This document shows, one piece after another, positions 8,739 through 18,725 of a DNA stretch of 64,000 bases. The position numbers and the translations under genes were made by a program. The stretch lies in assembly GCA_017428485.1 (NCBI GenBank), contig JAFRQT010000026.1:8699-72698 (forward strand). The letters run 5' to 3'. The stretch's first letter is position 1, and each line of letters starts with the position of its first letter. This DNA comes from Bacilli bacterium. GTDB lineage: Bacteria > Bacillota_I > Bacilli_A > RF39 > UBA660. The notes beneath the pieces are model-generated. The model was not told where the DNA came from and did no database searches. It saw only the letters and a list, made by a program, of their open reading frames with translations.

Positions 8739-9344
8739 TTATTTTACATAATTATTTATTTTATTATATATATTATATTCAAGATTATTATTCTTATATA
8801 AATTATACATATCATACATATTAATATAATTGTTTTTATATAAATTATTTAATTTATTTGAAACATTAGAATTATATTCAGAACAATAATTTCCAATTAT
8901 TATAATCTTAGCGTCACTTAATTTACTAAGTATTTTTATTAAACTATTCAATTCATAATATTGTTTTAAAATATATTCTTTAATTAATCTGTCATTTTTA
9001 TTACATTTTGACATAAATATTTTATTATTGGCATTTATTATAATAATATCTGATTTTTGTATTTCAATATTTAAATACCTTTTTTCCCCTTTATTATATA
9101 AATAATAATTATTTTTTATTTTGTTTTCTATATCATTATATTTATCGTAATCAGATATAAATTTATCATTAATATTTTTATATTCTTTTTTTAAATAAAA
9201 TAGATAGTTTTTATTATCCAGTTCTAAAAGATGATTATCTCCAAGTATTAATATATTTTTTTCATTATTTTTATATTTTTCATATATCAACATAGTAAAA
9301 GAACAAGCAAACAAAAAAATAATTAGAATATTTATTTTTCTCAT
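8739..9344 (-). CDS. hypothetical membrane-anchored protein (possibly a degenerate SGNH-like fold)
   Basis: N-terminal hydrophobic segment. ILILGDN resembles a GDS(L) block but lacks the Ser. Very N/K/Y-rich. Confidence 0.45.
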   Translation of the reverse strand: MRKINILIIFLFACSFTMLIYEKYKNNEKNILILGDNHLLELDNKNYLFYLKKEYKNINDKFISDYDKYNDIENKIKNNYYLYNKGEKRYLNIEIQKSDIIIINANNKIFMSKCNKNDRLIKEYILKQYYELNSLIKILSKLSDAKIIIIGNYCSEYNSNVSNKLNNLYKNNYINMYDMYNLYKNNNLEYNIYNKINNYVK

Positions 9345-9382
9345 ATAATCACCTAATAAATATTACTAATTATTTTTGTTTA

Positions 9383-10639
9383 TTATTCCTCAGTTATTTC
9401 TATATTAGCACCAACATTTTTTAATTTATTAACTACATCTCCATATCCTCTTAAGATATATTCACTGTTATCTATTGTTGTAGTTCCTTCAGCAATTAAA
9501 CCAGCAATTAAAAGTGATGCCCCTCCCCTTAGATCCGTTGCGATAACATTAGTTCCTTTTAGTTTTCTTGGACCAATTATCTCTAATTTGTTTAATGATA
9601 GTATGTTTGTAATAGCACCCATCCTATTTAAATCATATGTATTTTTAAATCTATTTTCATATAAAGTTTCTTCAATTATTGATTTTCCCTTTGCCTGTGT
9701 AAGTAATGTAGTAATTGGTTGTTGCAAATCAGTTGGAAAGCCAGGAAATACTAATGTTTTAATATATGTAGACTTTATATCATTACATTTTGATATAGTT
9801 AAAGTATCATTGTCAATACTATAATTAATACCTATTTCTTTAATTTTCATTAATAAAGCTTCTATATGTTCTTTAATTATTCCTTTAATTTTTAAATTGT
9901 TACCGAGTAGAGCGCCTATTATTATATAAGTTCCACTTTCAATTCTATCAGGAAATACTTCGACTACTCCATTATCTAATTTTTTATTTCCTTCAATTTC
10001 AATAGTTTTTGTACCGGCGCCATGTATTTTTGCACCCATATTTATTAATAATGATGCTACATTTACAATTTCTGGTTCCATTGCAGCATTTTCAATTATT
10101 GTTGTGCCCTCTGCTCCTATAGCAGCAAGCATAACATTAATTGTAGCTCCTACACTTGGAAAATCGAAATATATCTTTTTACCAATTAGTTTTTCAGCTG
10201 TAATAGTATATCTATTTTTTACTATTTCTACTTTAGCACCTAATTCTTCAAATGCCTTTATATGTATATCTATTGGCCTTGCACCAATATTACATCCTCC
10301 CGGGAAAGATATTTCTACTTTGCCAAACTTAGCAAGAAGAACTCCCATAAAATAATAGGATGCCCTCATTTGTACGCTTAACTCCTCTGGTATAGGTTTA
10401 TTCTCTATTTTTGAGGAATCTATATAAAGTGCATCATTTTTATGTTCGACTTTACAATTTAATAATTCCATTATTTTTATTAAATAATCTATATCTCTTA
10501 TTTCTGGAACATTATAAATAACGCTTTTATTTTCAGAGAGTATAGCAGCTGGTATTAAAGCAACAGCACTATTTTTAGCACCACTTATTTTAATTTCACC
10601 AGATAATTCATGATTACCATCAATAATAATTTTTGACAT
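9383..10639 (-). CDS. murA: UDP-N-acetylglucosamine 1-carboxyvinyltransferase
   Basis: Full-length EPSP/MurA-type sequence (SGAKNSAVALIPAA.., GGCNIGARPID). ATG 10639 is preferred over the upstream TTG 10648. Confidence 0.92.
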   Translation of the reverse strand: MSKIIIDGNHELSGEIKISGAKNSAVALIPAAILSENKSVIYNVPEIRDIDYLIKIMELLNCKVEHKNDALYIDSSKIENKPIPEELSVQMRASYYFMGVLLAKFGKVEISFPGGCNIGARPIDIHIKAFEELGAKVEIVKNRYTITAEKLIGKKIYFDFPSVGATINVMLAAIGAEGTTIIENAAMEPEIVNVASLLINMGAKIHGAGTKTIEIEGNKKLDNGVVEVFPDRIESGTYIIIGALLGNNLKIKGIIKEHIEALLMKIKEIGINYSIDNDTLTISKCNDIKSTYIKTLVFPGFPTDLQQPITTLLTQAKGKSIIEETLYENRFKNTYDLNRMGAITNILSLNKLEIIGPRKLKGTNVIATDLRGGASLLIAGLIAEGTTTIDNSEYILRGYGDVVNKLKNVGANIEITEE

Positions 10640-10713
10640 ATACACCAATGCCTTTCTAATTTAATAATACTATTAAAAATATATTTTATCAATGAAATCA
10701 GTCCTTTTTTACA

Positions 10714-11220
10714 CTAAAATAAATTTTTTATTACTTTGATTAATTTAAAATCATATTTCACTTCTTCATCATCTAAATTTTCATCTATCATACATAATGG
10801 CGGATATAATATACACCAATAATTATTGCCTTTTCCTTCTCCAATTTCTATAACTAAACTTTCGTATTCTCCTTCTTTAAAAATTTGATTATTATACTTT
10901 TTTTTAGGAAAATGATTCATACCATAGCTTATGTTATAGTTCATATTGTAATTATTCTCAGTAAATACTTGATTAATATCATTTTGAATATTCTCAATAT
11001 TATTAATAATATTTTCTCGTGTCATTTCAATGTTATCTTCTTTTTTAAATAGAGTTTTAGATAAAACATTAACTACTTTCATTTTCATAATTATATCAAT
11101 AGAGGAATTACTATTAGCTATTACTCTAAATCTAATAGCATCTTCAGTTAAATTATTTTGATTATCTGATAAGAATATTATTACTAAAATAATAAATAAT
11201 CCTAAAAATATTTTTTTCAT
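10714..11220 (-). CDS. spoIIR: stage II sporulation protein R
   Basis: Signal peptide, IRFRVIANSNS and NYWCILYPPLCMID, matching the SpoIIR signature blocks. Confidence 0.8.
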   Translation of the reverse strand: MKKIFLGLFIILVIIFLSDNQNNLTEDAIRFRVIANSNSSIDIIMKMKVVNVLSKTLFKKEDNIEMTRENIINNIENIQNDINQVFTENNYNMNYNISYGMNHFPKKKYNNQIFKEGEYESLVIEIGEGKGNNYWCILYPPLCMIDENLDDEEVKYDFKLIKVIKNLF

Positions 11221-11266
11221 TAAAAAACCAACCTTTCATATTAATATTGGTTGGTTTCTTTGCTTT

Positions 11267-12007
11267 TTATTCATTAATTATAAAAATATATCTATCTTTT
11301 TGTGACAAGTCTTTTTCTACTATTATTTTAGAGTCATGATAATATTTCTTAGCAATATTACATATTGATTCGGCTTGCCACCATCCTATTTCAAATGCAA
11401 TAATAAATTTTTTATTTAAATATTTCTTTGATTCATCTATTATTTTTTCATAAAAATATAATCCATTATCTTTTGCATATAATGCAAGATGTGGCTCATA
11501 TTTTTTTACACTATCCATTATTTTTTCATCTTCGCTAATATATGGTGGATTACTTATAATAACATCAAATTCTCCCTTAACGTTTGAAAAAACATCGCTT
11601 TCTATAAAATCTATAATTGTTCCATTAATATTTGCATTTTCTTTAGCAACATCTAATGCTTCACTACTAATATCAACAGCCGTTATATTGGACTTTAAAT
11701 TCTTTTTTAGTGCGATTGATATTGCTCCAGAACCTGTTCCTATATCCAAAATATCAACTTTTCTGTCAAATATTTGTTTAACATAATTAATTGTTTTTTC
11801 AACTAGATACTCTGTTTCATATCTGGGTATTAAAACATTTTTATTAACATTTATTTTATATCCATAAAAATCAACATATCCAATTAAATACTGAATAGGA
11901 TAATCATTTAATAATTTATTATAATCTTCATCAATATTTTTACTAACCCTTAATAATTCTTCTGCTTCCCTTTTTGAAATTCCTAAGTCTAGTATTTTAT
12001 TAAGCAT
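11267..12007 (-). CDS. prmC: release-factor glutamine N5-methyltransferase
   Basis: SAM motif ILDIGTGSGAI and NPPY motif ISNPPYIS. Overlaps prfA by 8 nt. Confidence 0.88.
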   Translation of the reverse strand: MLNKILDLGISKREAEELLRVSKNIDEDYNKLLNDYPIQYLIGYVDFYGYKINVNKNVLIPRYETEYLVEKTINYVKQIFDRKVDILDIGTGSGAISIALKKNLKSNITAVDISSEALDVAKENANINGTIIDFIESDVFSNVKGEFDVIISNPPYISEDEKIMDSVKKYEPHLALYAKDNGLYFYEKIIDESKKYLNKKFIIAFEIGWWQAESICNIAKKYYHDSKIIVEKDLSQKDRYIFIINE

Positions 12008-13061
12008 TACTCTCTTCCATTCTCATTTTTTCATCTTCAGCGATAAGAGCTTGAATTAGATCTTCCAAATCGCCTTCCATTATTTTATCAAGATGCATCA
12101 CAGTATAATTAATTCTGTGATCAGTTAATCTATTTTGTGGATAGTTATATGTTCTTATTTTTTCAGATCTATCTCCAGTACCTATTTTGCTTCTTCTTTC
12201 ATTACCAAGTTTTTCATCCTGTTCTCTTTGTTTTAAGTCATACAATCTTGTTTTAAGAATTTGCATAGCTTTTTCTTTATTTTTAATTTGACTTCTTTCT
12301 ACTTGACAATAAACAACTATGCCAGTTGGAATATGTGTTATTCTAACCGCAGAATCTGTAGTATTTACACATTGTCCTCCAGCACCACTACTTCTTGTTA
12401 TATCTACTCTTATATCGCTATCTTTAATTTCTATTTCTACTTCTTCAGCCTCTGGCATAACAAGCACAGTTGCAGTTGAGGTATGTACTCTACCTGCAGA
12501 TTCAGTTTCAGGTACTCTTTGAACTCTATGTGCTCCACTCTCATATTTCATTTTTGAATATACGGCTTCTCCACTTAACATGAATTCAATTTGGGAATAT
12601 CCTCCACTTTCTCCTTCTACTTCATGAGTTACTTCAAGTTTCCATCCCTGCTTTTCTGCATATTTATAATACATTCTGAATAAATCACCAGCAAATATAT
12701 TTCCCTCATCTCCACCAGCAGCACCACGTATTTCAACAATTACGTTTTTCTCATCATTTGGATCTTTTGGTAATAACATTACTTTTAATTTTTTTTCTAA
12801 ATTTTCTTTTTCTAAATGTAATTTATCTAATTCTTCATTGGCAAATTCTTTCATCTCTGGATCTTTTGCCATTTCTTTAGCTGCCTCTATATCATCAATT
12901 ACTGTATTATAATTTTTATATGTAGTAACAATGCTTTCTAAAGAGTTTTTCTCTTTTTGTATTACTTGCATTTTTTTATAATCTTCATATATTTCAGGTT
13001 TCAATAATTCTTGACATAAAATGTCATATCTTTCTTTTATATTATCTAATCTTTCTTTCAT
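12000..13061 (-). CDS. prfA: peptide chain release factor 1
   Basis: GGQ motif SGAGGQCVNTTDSAVRITH and an RF1-type PxT tripeptide (RVPETES). Confidence 0.96.
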   Translation of the reverse strand: MKERLDNIKERYDILCQELLKPEIYEDYKKMQVIQKEKNSLESIVTTYKNYNTVIDDIEAAKEMAKDPEMKEFANEELDKLHLEKENLEKKLKVMLLPKDPNDEKNVIVEIRGAAGGDEGNIFAGDLFRMYYKYAEKQGWKLEVTHEVEGESGGYSQIEFMLSGEAVYSKMKYESGAHRVQRVPETESAGRVHTSTATVLVMPEAEEVEIEIKDSDIRVDITRSSGAGGQCVNTTDSAVRITHIPTGIVVYCQVERSQIKNKEKAMQILKTRLYDLKQREQDEKLGNERRSKIGTGDRSEKIRTYNYPQNRLTDHRINYTVMHLDKIMEGDLEDLIQALIAEDEKMRMEESNA

Positions 13062-13099
13062 ATTTTTTCCTTTCTATTATAATATTTCAGAAAAATCAG

Positions 13100-13594
13100 C
13101 TATAAATCTACCTCGTCTTCATATCCTTCATCAACAATTACTAGATCTTTGTAATCATCATCAGGAGTATCATCATCCATATCATCTATATCATCATAAT
13201 AATTATTATCTTTGTCTTCATCTTCATCATCATCTTCTTGTACTTCTTCTGTTGGCATATCATCTTCTAATTCATTTTCAATTTCATTAATATTAATTTC
13301 TGAAGTATGATTTTCTCTTAAATCAATATACCCTTTTTCTAATTGAATAAATCTTTTCTCTGTAGATATTAATGAAAAGAAATCACCTATTTGTGCTTCA
13401 AAAGCAGCATCTCCTAAGTTTAAAACATTACATATTATTTTAAAAATCTCGCTGACTTTCATTTTTTTACCCTTTTCCTTTAAAATAACATATGCAATAT
13501 CATCAAAAGACATTGTTTCTAAATCTTCTTTATTTATTGTTTTAAATTTCATATTTTGTATAGCCTCCTCAAAGCAATTATTTTCTCTTTCCAT
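13100..13594 (-). CDS. rpoE: DNA-directed RNA polymerase delta subunit
   Basis: N-terminal HARE-HTH-like domain (MSFDDIAYVILKEKGKKMKVSEIF) and a long poly-acidic C-terminal tail. The alternative start ATG 13552 lies behind GAGGAGG. Confidence 0.78.
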   Translation of the reverse strand: MERENNCFEEAIQNMKFKTINKEDLETMSFDDIAYVILKEKGKKMKVSEIFKIICNVLNLGDAAFEAQIGDFFSLISTEKRFIQLEKGYIDLRENHTSEININEIENELEDDMPTEEVQEDDDEDEDKDNNYYDDIDDMDDDTPDDDYKDLVIVDEGYEDEVDL

Positions 13595-13674
13595 TAAAAT
13601 TATACTTATTTTTTTTAATAAATCAAGTATTTTTTATATATTTATTTAGCATAATAATTAATGGGCAAAAATAT

Positions 13675-15618
13675 ATGAAAAAAATAGTTATTTTTATTAA
13701 AATTTTTTTGTTTTTATTGTTTATTTTTATAGTAATTAATTTAGGCTTTTATGTGTACGCTTTTATAACTCCAAAATTCAATATTAATGCATCAAATAAT
13801 ATTATAATGTATGACTCTTCTTTAAATAATATATTAAATGATGAAGAAAAACATGAATTTGTTAAATTAGATGACATAAATGATAATGTGAAAAATGCAA
13901 TCATTTCAATTGAGGATAAAAATTTTTATAATCATAAAGGTTTTGATTATTTAAGAATAATTAAAGCATTAATTGTTAATTTATCGAGTAGGAAAATAAA
14001 ACAAGGAGCATCAACAATATCTCAACAGTATGTTAAAAATTTATATTTAACTTTTGATCAAACTTTAAAAAGAAAACTTCAAGAAGCAATATTAACTATT
14101 GAACTCGAGACACATTATTCAAAAGATGAAATACTAGAAGGTTATTTAAATACAATTAATTTTGGCTCTGGCCAATACGGAATTAAAGCAGCAAGTGAAT
14201 ATTATTTTAATAAAGAACCTAAAAATTTATCATTAGAAGAAGCAAGCATTCTTGTAGGCATCCCTAAAAACCCGACTTATTATAATCCTATAACTAATTA
14301 TGATAATGCTAAAAAAAGACAAAAAGATGTATTAATTTCTATGGTGAAAAATAAATATATATCTAGAACTGAAATGAATAATATTTATAATAAAGAATTA
14401 TCTTTCTATGGGATTAATAACAAAACTGAATTATCAAGTTTAAATTATTATAAAGATGCTGTACTAAATGAACTTAAAACAATTGATAATTTACCTGATT
14501 CAATTACAGAAATTCAGGGTTTAAAAATATATACTAATCTTGATAGAGATACTCAAAAATTATTAGAAAATAATATTAATAACGAAATGAATAATACTAC
14601 CATGGAAGTTGCATCTATAGTTATCAAACCACAAACTGGAAAAATAGTTGCTCTTATTGGAGGAAAAAATTACTCAAATTCACAATATAATAGAGCTATT
14701 TATTCAAAAAGACAAGTTGGCTCAACAATTAAACCATTTCTCTATTATAGTGCTTTAGAGCAAGGTTTTACTCCTTCATCATCTTTTTTAAGTGAAAAAA
14801 CAACTTTTAATCTAGGTAATATAACTTACTCACCTAAAAATGCAGGTAATATATATGCAAACAAAAAAATATCTATGCTTGCAGCAATAGCCTATTCTGA
14901 TAACGTGTATGCATTAAAAACTCATCTTTTTTTAGGAGAAGATGCCTTATCTAGAACTATCAAAAAAGTTAAAATAAGCACACCCGTTTCAGAAAATGCC
15001 TCTTCAGCCCTAGGAACAACTGAAATAAATATAATTGATTATAGTAATGGTTTCATCACTTTAGCAAATGAAGGTAAGCATGAAAATCCCCATTTAATTG
15101 AAAAAATAACTGATATGAATGATAATATCATTTATGAATACAAATATAAAAATGAATACATACTTAACAAAAAATATGTGTATATTTTAAACAATTTATT
15201 AACATCTACATATAATTATTCTTTATTGAATTATACTTCACCTACCCTTATAAGCATCTCAAATGAACTAGACAGTAAATATGCTGTAAAGAGTGGAAGT
15301 ACAAATACTGACTACTGGACAGTAGGATATAACAAAGATTATCTCATCCTAGTATGGGCAGGAAATGATAACAACTCATCTGTTAAAAGTTCAGAATCTA
15401 GAATAACTAAAAAAATATGGGCAAAAACAATTAGTAATATTAGTGATAATAATAAGACATGGTATGAAATACCAAAAGATGTTACTGCGGCAATAATTAA
15501 TCCAATAAGTGGAAATATATCTAAAAATGGCTTTGTTTGCTATTATGAAAAAGGAACTGAACCAACTTATGATTATGATTCTTATTTAGAACTTTTTGTA
15601 ACAAATAAAAAGAAATGA
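13675..15618 (+). CDS. class A penicillin-binding protein (GT51 glycosyltransferase + transpeptidase)
   Basis: EDKNFYNHKGFD and GASTISQQ (GT51). STIKP (SxxK), SDN and KSGS (transpeptidase). The only head-on gene in the left arm. Confidence 0.9.
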   Translation: MKKIVIFIKIFLFLLFIFIVINLGFYVYAFITPKFNINASNNIIMYDSSLNNILNDEEKHEFVKLDDINDNVKNAIISIEDKNFYNHKGFDYLRIIKALIVNLSSRKIKQGASTISQQYVKNLYLTFDQTLKRKLQEAILTIELETHYSKDEILEGYLNTINFGSGQYGIKAASEYYFNKEPKNLSLEEASILVGIPKNPTYYNPITNYDNAKKRQKDVLISMVKNKYISRTEMNNIYNKELSFYGINNKTELSSLNYYKDAVLNELKTIDNLPDSITEIQGLKIYTNLDRDTQKLLENNINNEMNNTTMEVASIVIKPQTGKIVALIGGKNYSNSQYNRAIYSKRQVGSTIKPFLYYSALEQGFTPSSSFLSEKTTFNLGNITYSPKNAGNIYANKKISMLAAIAYSDNVYALKTHLFLGEDALSRTIKKVKISTPVSENASSALGTTEINIIDYSNGFITLANEGKHENPHLIEKITDMNDNIIYEYKYKNEYILNKKYVYILNNLLTSTYNYSLLNYTSPTLISISNELDSKYAVKSGSTNTDYWTVGYNKDYLILVWAGNDNNSSVKSSESRITKKIWAKTISNISDNNKTWYEIPKDVTAAIINPISGNISKNGFVCYYEKGTEPTYDYDSYLELFVTNKKK

Positions 15619-15634
15619 TTTCTCATTTCTTTTA
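15607..15634. terminator. bidirectional hairpin terminator between the convergent PBP and SPFH genes
   Basis: AGAAATGA-TTTC-TCATTTCT flanked by an A-run and a T-run. Confidence 0.5.
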
Positions 15635-16831
15635 TTATTCTTCAATTTTTGTTCCGCATTCACTACAGAACTTTCCAGTAACTACTGCTCCGCAATTTGG
15701 ACAAGTTTTTTCTTCAGATTTTGGCTCTTGTGTTTGTTCATTTGCTTTTTCTTCAGCTGATTCTTCAACTTTTTCTTCTGGTTTTGCAAATAATGTTCCC
15801 ATTTCAGGTTGTTGATTTCCTGGATTGTATGGTGGAACATCGGACCCTTGATTTGCAGCATTCATCATTGCTCCAGCAGCACCTGATGCCATGTTCATTC
15901 CCATGAATCCCATCATAGCGCCATTTGCATTACTTGATGCATTTCTAAGGGCATCTGCAGAAGCAGAAGCCATTAATCCAGATTGTAAATTCTTATTAGA
16001 GAATATTGTTGCTTCATCAATCTTATTAACTTTAACCATTGATTCATCTGTTAAGTTAATATCCCCTAATGCAACATCTGTAACTTCAAGTCCATAATTT
16101 TTTCTCCATGATTCATCTAAACATGTATTCATTTCATCAGAAATATCGCTATTATATAGACCAATATCTCCAAATGAAACTTTATGTTTTCTCATTACAA
16201 TTGATATTGCTTGAGTTAATTTTTCAACAAATTTTGCTTGCAATTGAGTTCCAATTATTTCATCATAAGTTACTGTATCTTTTGGATTTGCTCCAATTAC
16301 ACTATTTACAAGTAATACTGGATCTACAACTTTAAATGCATATTCTCCAAAGAATGTAACCTCTAACATACCATATTTTTCATCAGTTATTTTTTTTGGC
16401 TGTGGTGAACCAAATTTATTACCAGTTATATTTAGTAAATTTACATAGTAAACTCTTTGATCTTTTGCGGCTTGTCCACCATATGTAAAACGTTTACCAA
16501 TTGTTTTAATAGTATTTAAAATTCCTTCACCAAGTCCTCCTGTAAAAATACTTGGTTCACTACCAGTATCAAATGTATATGTTCCACTTTCTGCAGTAAA
16601 TTCTTTTACTTCTCCATTTTCAATGATCATCATTGCCATTCCTTGTGGTACAGCAATTCCACTTCCGTTTGATATTACTCCTTCAGTAGGATTAGTATTT
16701 CCTTTTCCGTGATTTACTACACCTCTTTGAATAAGAACATCTTTTTCAATTGTAGGACAGGTAACAAATTCTTTAAATTGGTCACCTAATGTAGATGATG
16801 CTGCACTTACTAGTGCTTTAATTAATCCCAT
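15635..16831 (-). CDS. SPFH/band-7-like protein with C-terminal zinc ribbon (YdjI/COG4260-like)
   Basis: MGLIKALVSAA.. N-terminus typical of the family. C-terminal CPNCG..CSECG ribbon after a low-complexity linker. Confidence 0.72.
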   Translation of the reverse strand: MGLIKALVSAASSTLGDQFKEFVTCPTIEKDVLIQRGVVNHGKGNTNPTEGVISNGSGIAVPQGMAMMIIENGEVKEFTAESGTYTFDTGSEPSIFTGGLGEGILNTIKTIGKRFTYGGQAAKDQRVYYVNLLNITGNKFGSPQPKKITDEKYGMLEVTFFGEYAFKVVDPVLLVNSVIGANPKDTVTYDEIIGTQLQAKFVEKLTQAISIVMRKHKVSFGDIGLYNSDISDEMNTCLDESWRKNYGLEVTDVALGDINLTDESMVKVNKIDEATIFSNKNLQSGLMASASADALRNASSNANGAMMGFMGMNMASGAAGAMMNAANQGSDVPPYNPGNQQPEMGTLFAKPEEKVEESAEEKANEQTQEPKSEEKTCPNCGAVVTGKFCSECGTKIEE

Positions 16832-16865
16832 AAACTTACCTCTTTTCTATCAAATTAATTATAGC

Positions 16866-16904
16866 AAAAAAGAAAAAAGAAAAAAAGTACTAATTAGTAC
16901 TTTT
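16866..16904 (-). terminator. rho-independent terminator after the noc-like gene
   Basis: 16-bp palindrome AGTACTAATTAGTACT followed on the minus strand by a long U-rich run. Confidence 0.55.
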
Positions 16905-17955
16905 CAATTTCAATTGTTATTTGATATTTATCTGCTAATTCTATTTTTTCTGTTTTAATATTATTTTTTCCAATTGAATAGTTATCAATAATATTACTTA
17001 AATAATTATATATTTCTTCTGAATTATCTTTTTTCTCTATTTCAATTGGTGTAGGTCTTGATTCAATATATTGCTCATCGCTGTTTGTACTCAATTGAAA
17101 TGGATTAATAGCCTCTTCGGTTGAAGTTGTTTCAGTTAATGCTTCGGTATGTTCCTCTTCTATTTTTGTATTTTCTTTTATTATATTTTTTTCATCTTCA
17201 TCTTCTATTGGTTGAATATCAGGTATTCCTATATCGAGAAATTCTATAGTTTCTTCTTTTGCTTCTGGTTTTTGATCATTTTTATTTTCTGGTCTTAAAA
17301 ATCTTTGAATTTCCTCTGGTATATAGTTTTCTTGTTTTATATTATCTCTCATTAATAATAAATTAATTTCTTCTTCTGTTTGTTTAACTGTTAATCTATC
17401 ACTAATTATTTTCTTTAATAAACTTTTTTGTAAATCTTCATTATTTAATGTTAATAAACTTCTAGCGTGCCTTTCAGATATTTGATTGTATAAAAGAGCA
17501 TCTTTTATTTCTTTAGGAAGACTTAACAATCTCATTTTATTAGCTATTGCAGATTGACTTATTCCAAGTTTAGAAGCTATTTCTTCTTGAGTAAATCCTC
17601 TATCTATTAATTTTTTATATGATTGAGCTTCTTCTATTACAGACAAATCTTTTCTTTGCAAATTTTCAAGTAATGCTATTTCTGCACTAGTATTATCATC
17701 TGTATTATTTAGTACTGCTGGTATTGATTTTAAACCAGCTAAACAAGCAGCTTTGTATCTTCTTTCCCCTGCAATTATTTCATATTTTTCGCCAATTTTT
17801 CTAACTACTATTGGCTGAATAACTCCATACTTAATAATAGATTCGGACAAATTATTTAATTCTTGCTCATCAAAAGCAAGCCTAGGTTGAAACCTATTTG
17901 GCAATATGTCTTCAACATTTATATAGTAAATTTTTTCGTTATTATTTTCTTCCAT
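16894..17955 (-). CDS. noc: ParB/Noc-family CTPase DNA-binding protein, Noc-like recognition helix, atypical termini
   Basis: PNRFQPR and GERRYKAA (ParB N-domain/CTP motif). HTH region GISQSAIANKMRLLSLP..ISERHARSL. Position next to rsmG. An in-frame TAG 21 nt upstream of the ATG excludes a longer N-terminus. Confidence 0.8.
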   Translation of the reverse strand: MEENNNEKIYYINVEDILPNRFQPRLAFDEQELNNLSESIIKYGVIQPIVVRKIGEKYEIIAGERRYKAACLAGLKSIPAVLNNTDDNTSAEIALLENLQRKDLSVIEEAQSYKKLIDRGFTQEEIASKLGISQSAIANKMRLLSLPKEIKDALLYNQISERHARSLLTLNNEDLQKSLLKKIISDRLTVKQTEEEINLLLMRDNIKQENYIPEEIQRFLRPENKNDQKPEAKEETIEFLDIGIPDIQPIEDEDEKNIIKENTKIEEEHTEALTETTSTEEAINPFQLSTNSDEQYIESRPTPIEIEKKDNSEEIYNYLSNIIDNYSIGKNNIKTEKIELADKYQITIEIEKY

Positions 17956-18020
17956 AGCCTTTTCCCTTTTATCCTATTCTATTATCATTTTAATTCATTT
18001 TAATTATTTAATCAAGAATA

Positions 18021-18725
18021 TTATTTATAACTTTTCAATATAATATTATAATTTCTTGGATATTTTATATTATTTTTGTTAATTTTTTTATAAATAGGTA
18101 TCGTTCTATTTGCGTTATTAATAGGTAATTTGTATTCGATTTTATTAATAAGTCTAATATTTAATTCTTTTTCTAAATATGAATATTTATTTATTTCTTC
18201 ATCACAGTTTGATTTTAATGGAATTATTAATCCACTTATTTTTAATGAATTAACACTTAATTCTAATATTATAGGTATAGAAGTTACAGCTCTACATGTG
18301 ATTAAATCAAATTTTTCAGTATTCTTTCTACTATAATTTTCCATTCTATCATTTATAACTACCACATTATTTAATTTTAGTTCTTTAATTACTTCATTTA
18401 AAAAAGTGCATTTCTTATTATTTGATTCAATCAGTGTTATTTTTAATTTATTAAATATTATTGCTAGTGCTAATCCTGGAAATCCTGCTCCAGTTCCAAA
18501 ATCGCATAAACTCGAATAATTATTTAAATTTACTGATTTTGAAAGACATAAAGAATCATAAAAGTGTAATAAAAATACTTCTTTTTTTTCTATGATAGTA
18601 GTCATATTAAATTTTTTATTCCATTCAACAAGTAAATTAAAGTACTTTTCAAATTTTAAATATATTTCATCATCTATAATTATATTTATTTTTTTACATT
18701 CACTAATAAACTCTTCTTTATTCAT
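18021..18725 (-). CDS. rsmG: 16S rRNA (guanine527-N7)-methyltransferase
   Basis: GidB-type sequence with SAM motif DFGTGAGFPGL. Conserved position after mnmG. Confidence 0.88.
   Translation of the reverse strand: MNKEEFISECKKINIIIDDEIYLKFEKYFNLLVEWNKKFNMTTIIEKKEVFLLHFYDSLCLSKSVNLNNYSSLCDFGTGAGFPGLALAIIFNKLKITLIESNNKKCTFLNEVIKELKLNNVVVINDRMENYSRKNTEKFDLITCRAVTSIPIILELSVNSLKISGLIIPLKSNCDEEINKYSYLEKELNIRLINKIEYKLPINNANRTIPIYKKINKNNIKYPRNYNIILKSYK

Noticed and set aside
10288-10305. TCCTCCCGGGAAAGAT inside murA resembles an NBS.
   Set aside because: Only the CCCGGGAAA half matches and the left arm does not. It is probably a coincidental coding sequence.
13021-13290. A His/Leu-rich 89-aa plus-strand ORF.
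   Set aside because: It is antisense to the poly-acidic tail of rpoE, so GAT/GAA repeats read backwards. It is an artefact of the repeat composition.
15615-16335. A series of plus-strand ORFs at 15615-15815, 15697-15906, 15891-16097 and 16108-16335.
   Set aside because: All are antisense to the well-supported SPFH/Zn-ribbon gene. They are fragmented across frames and have no RBS.
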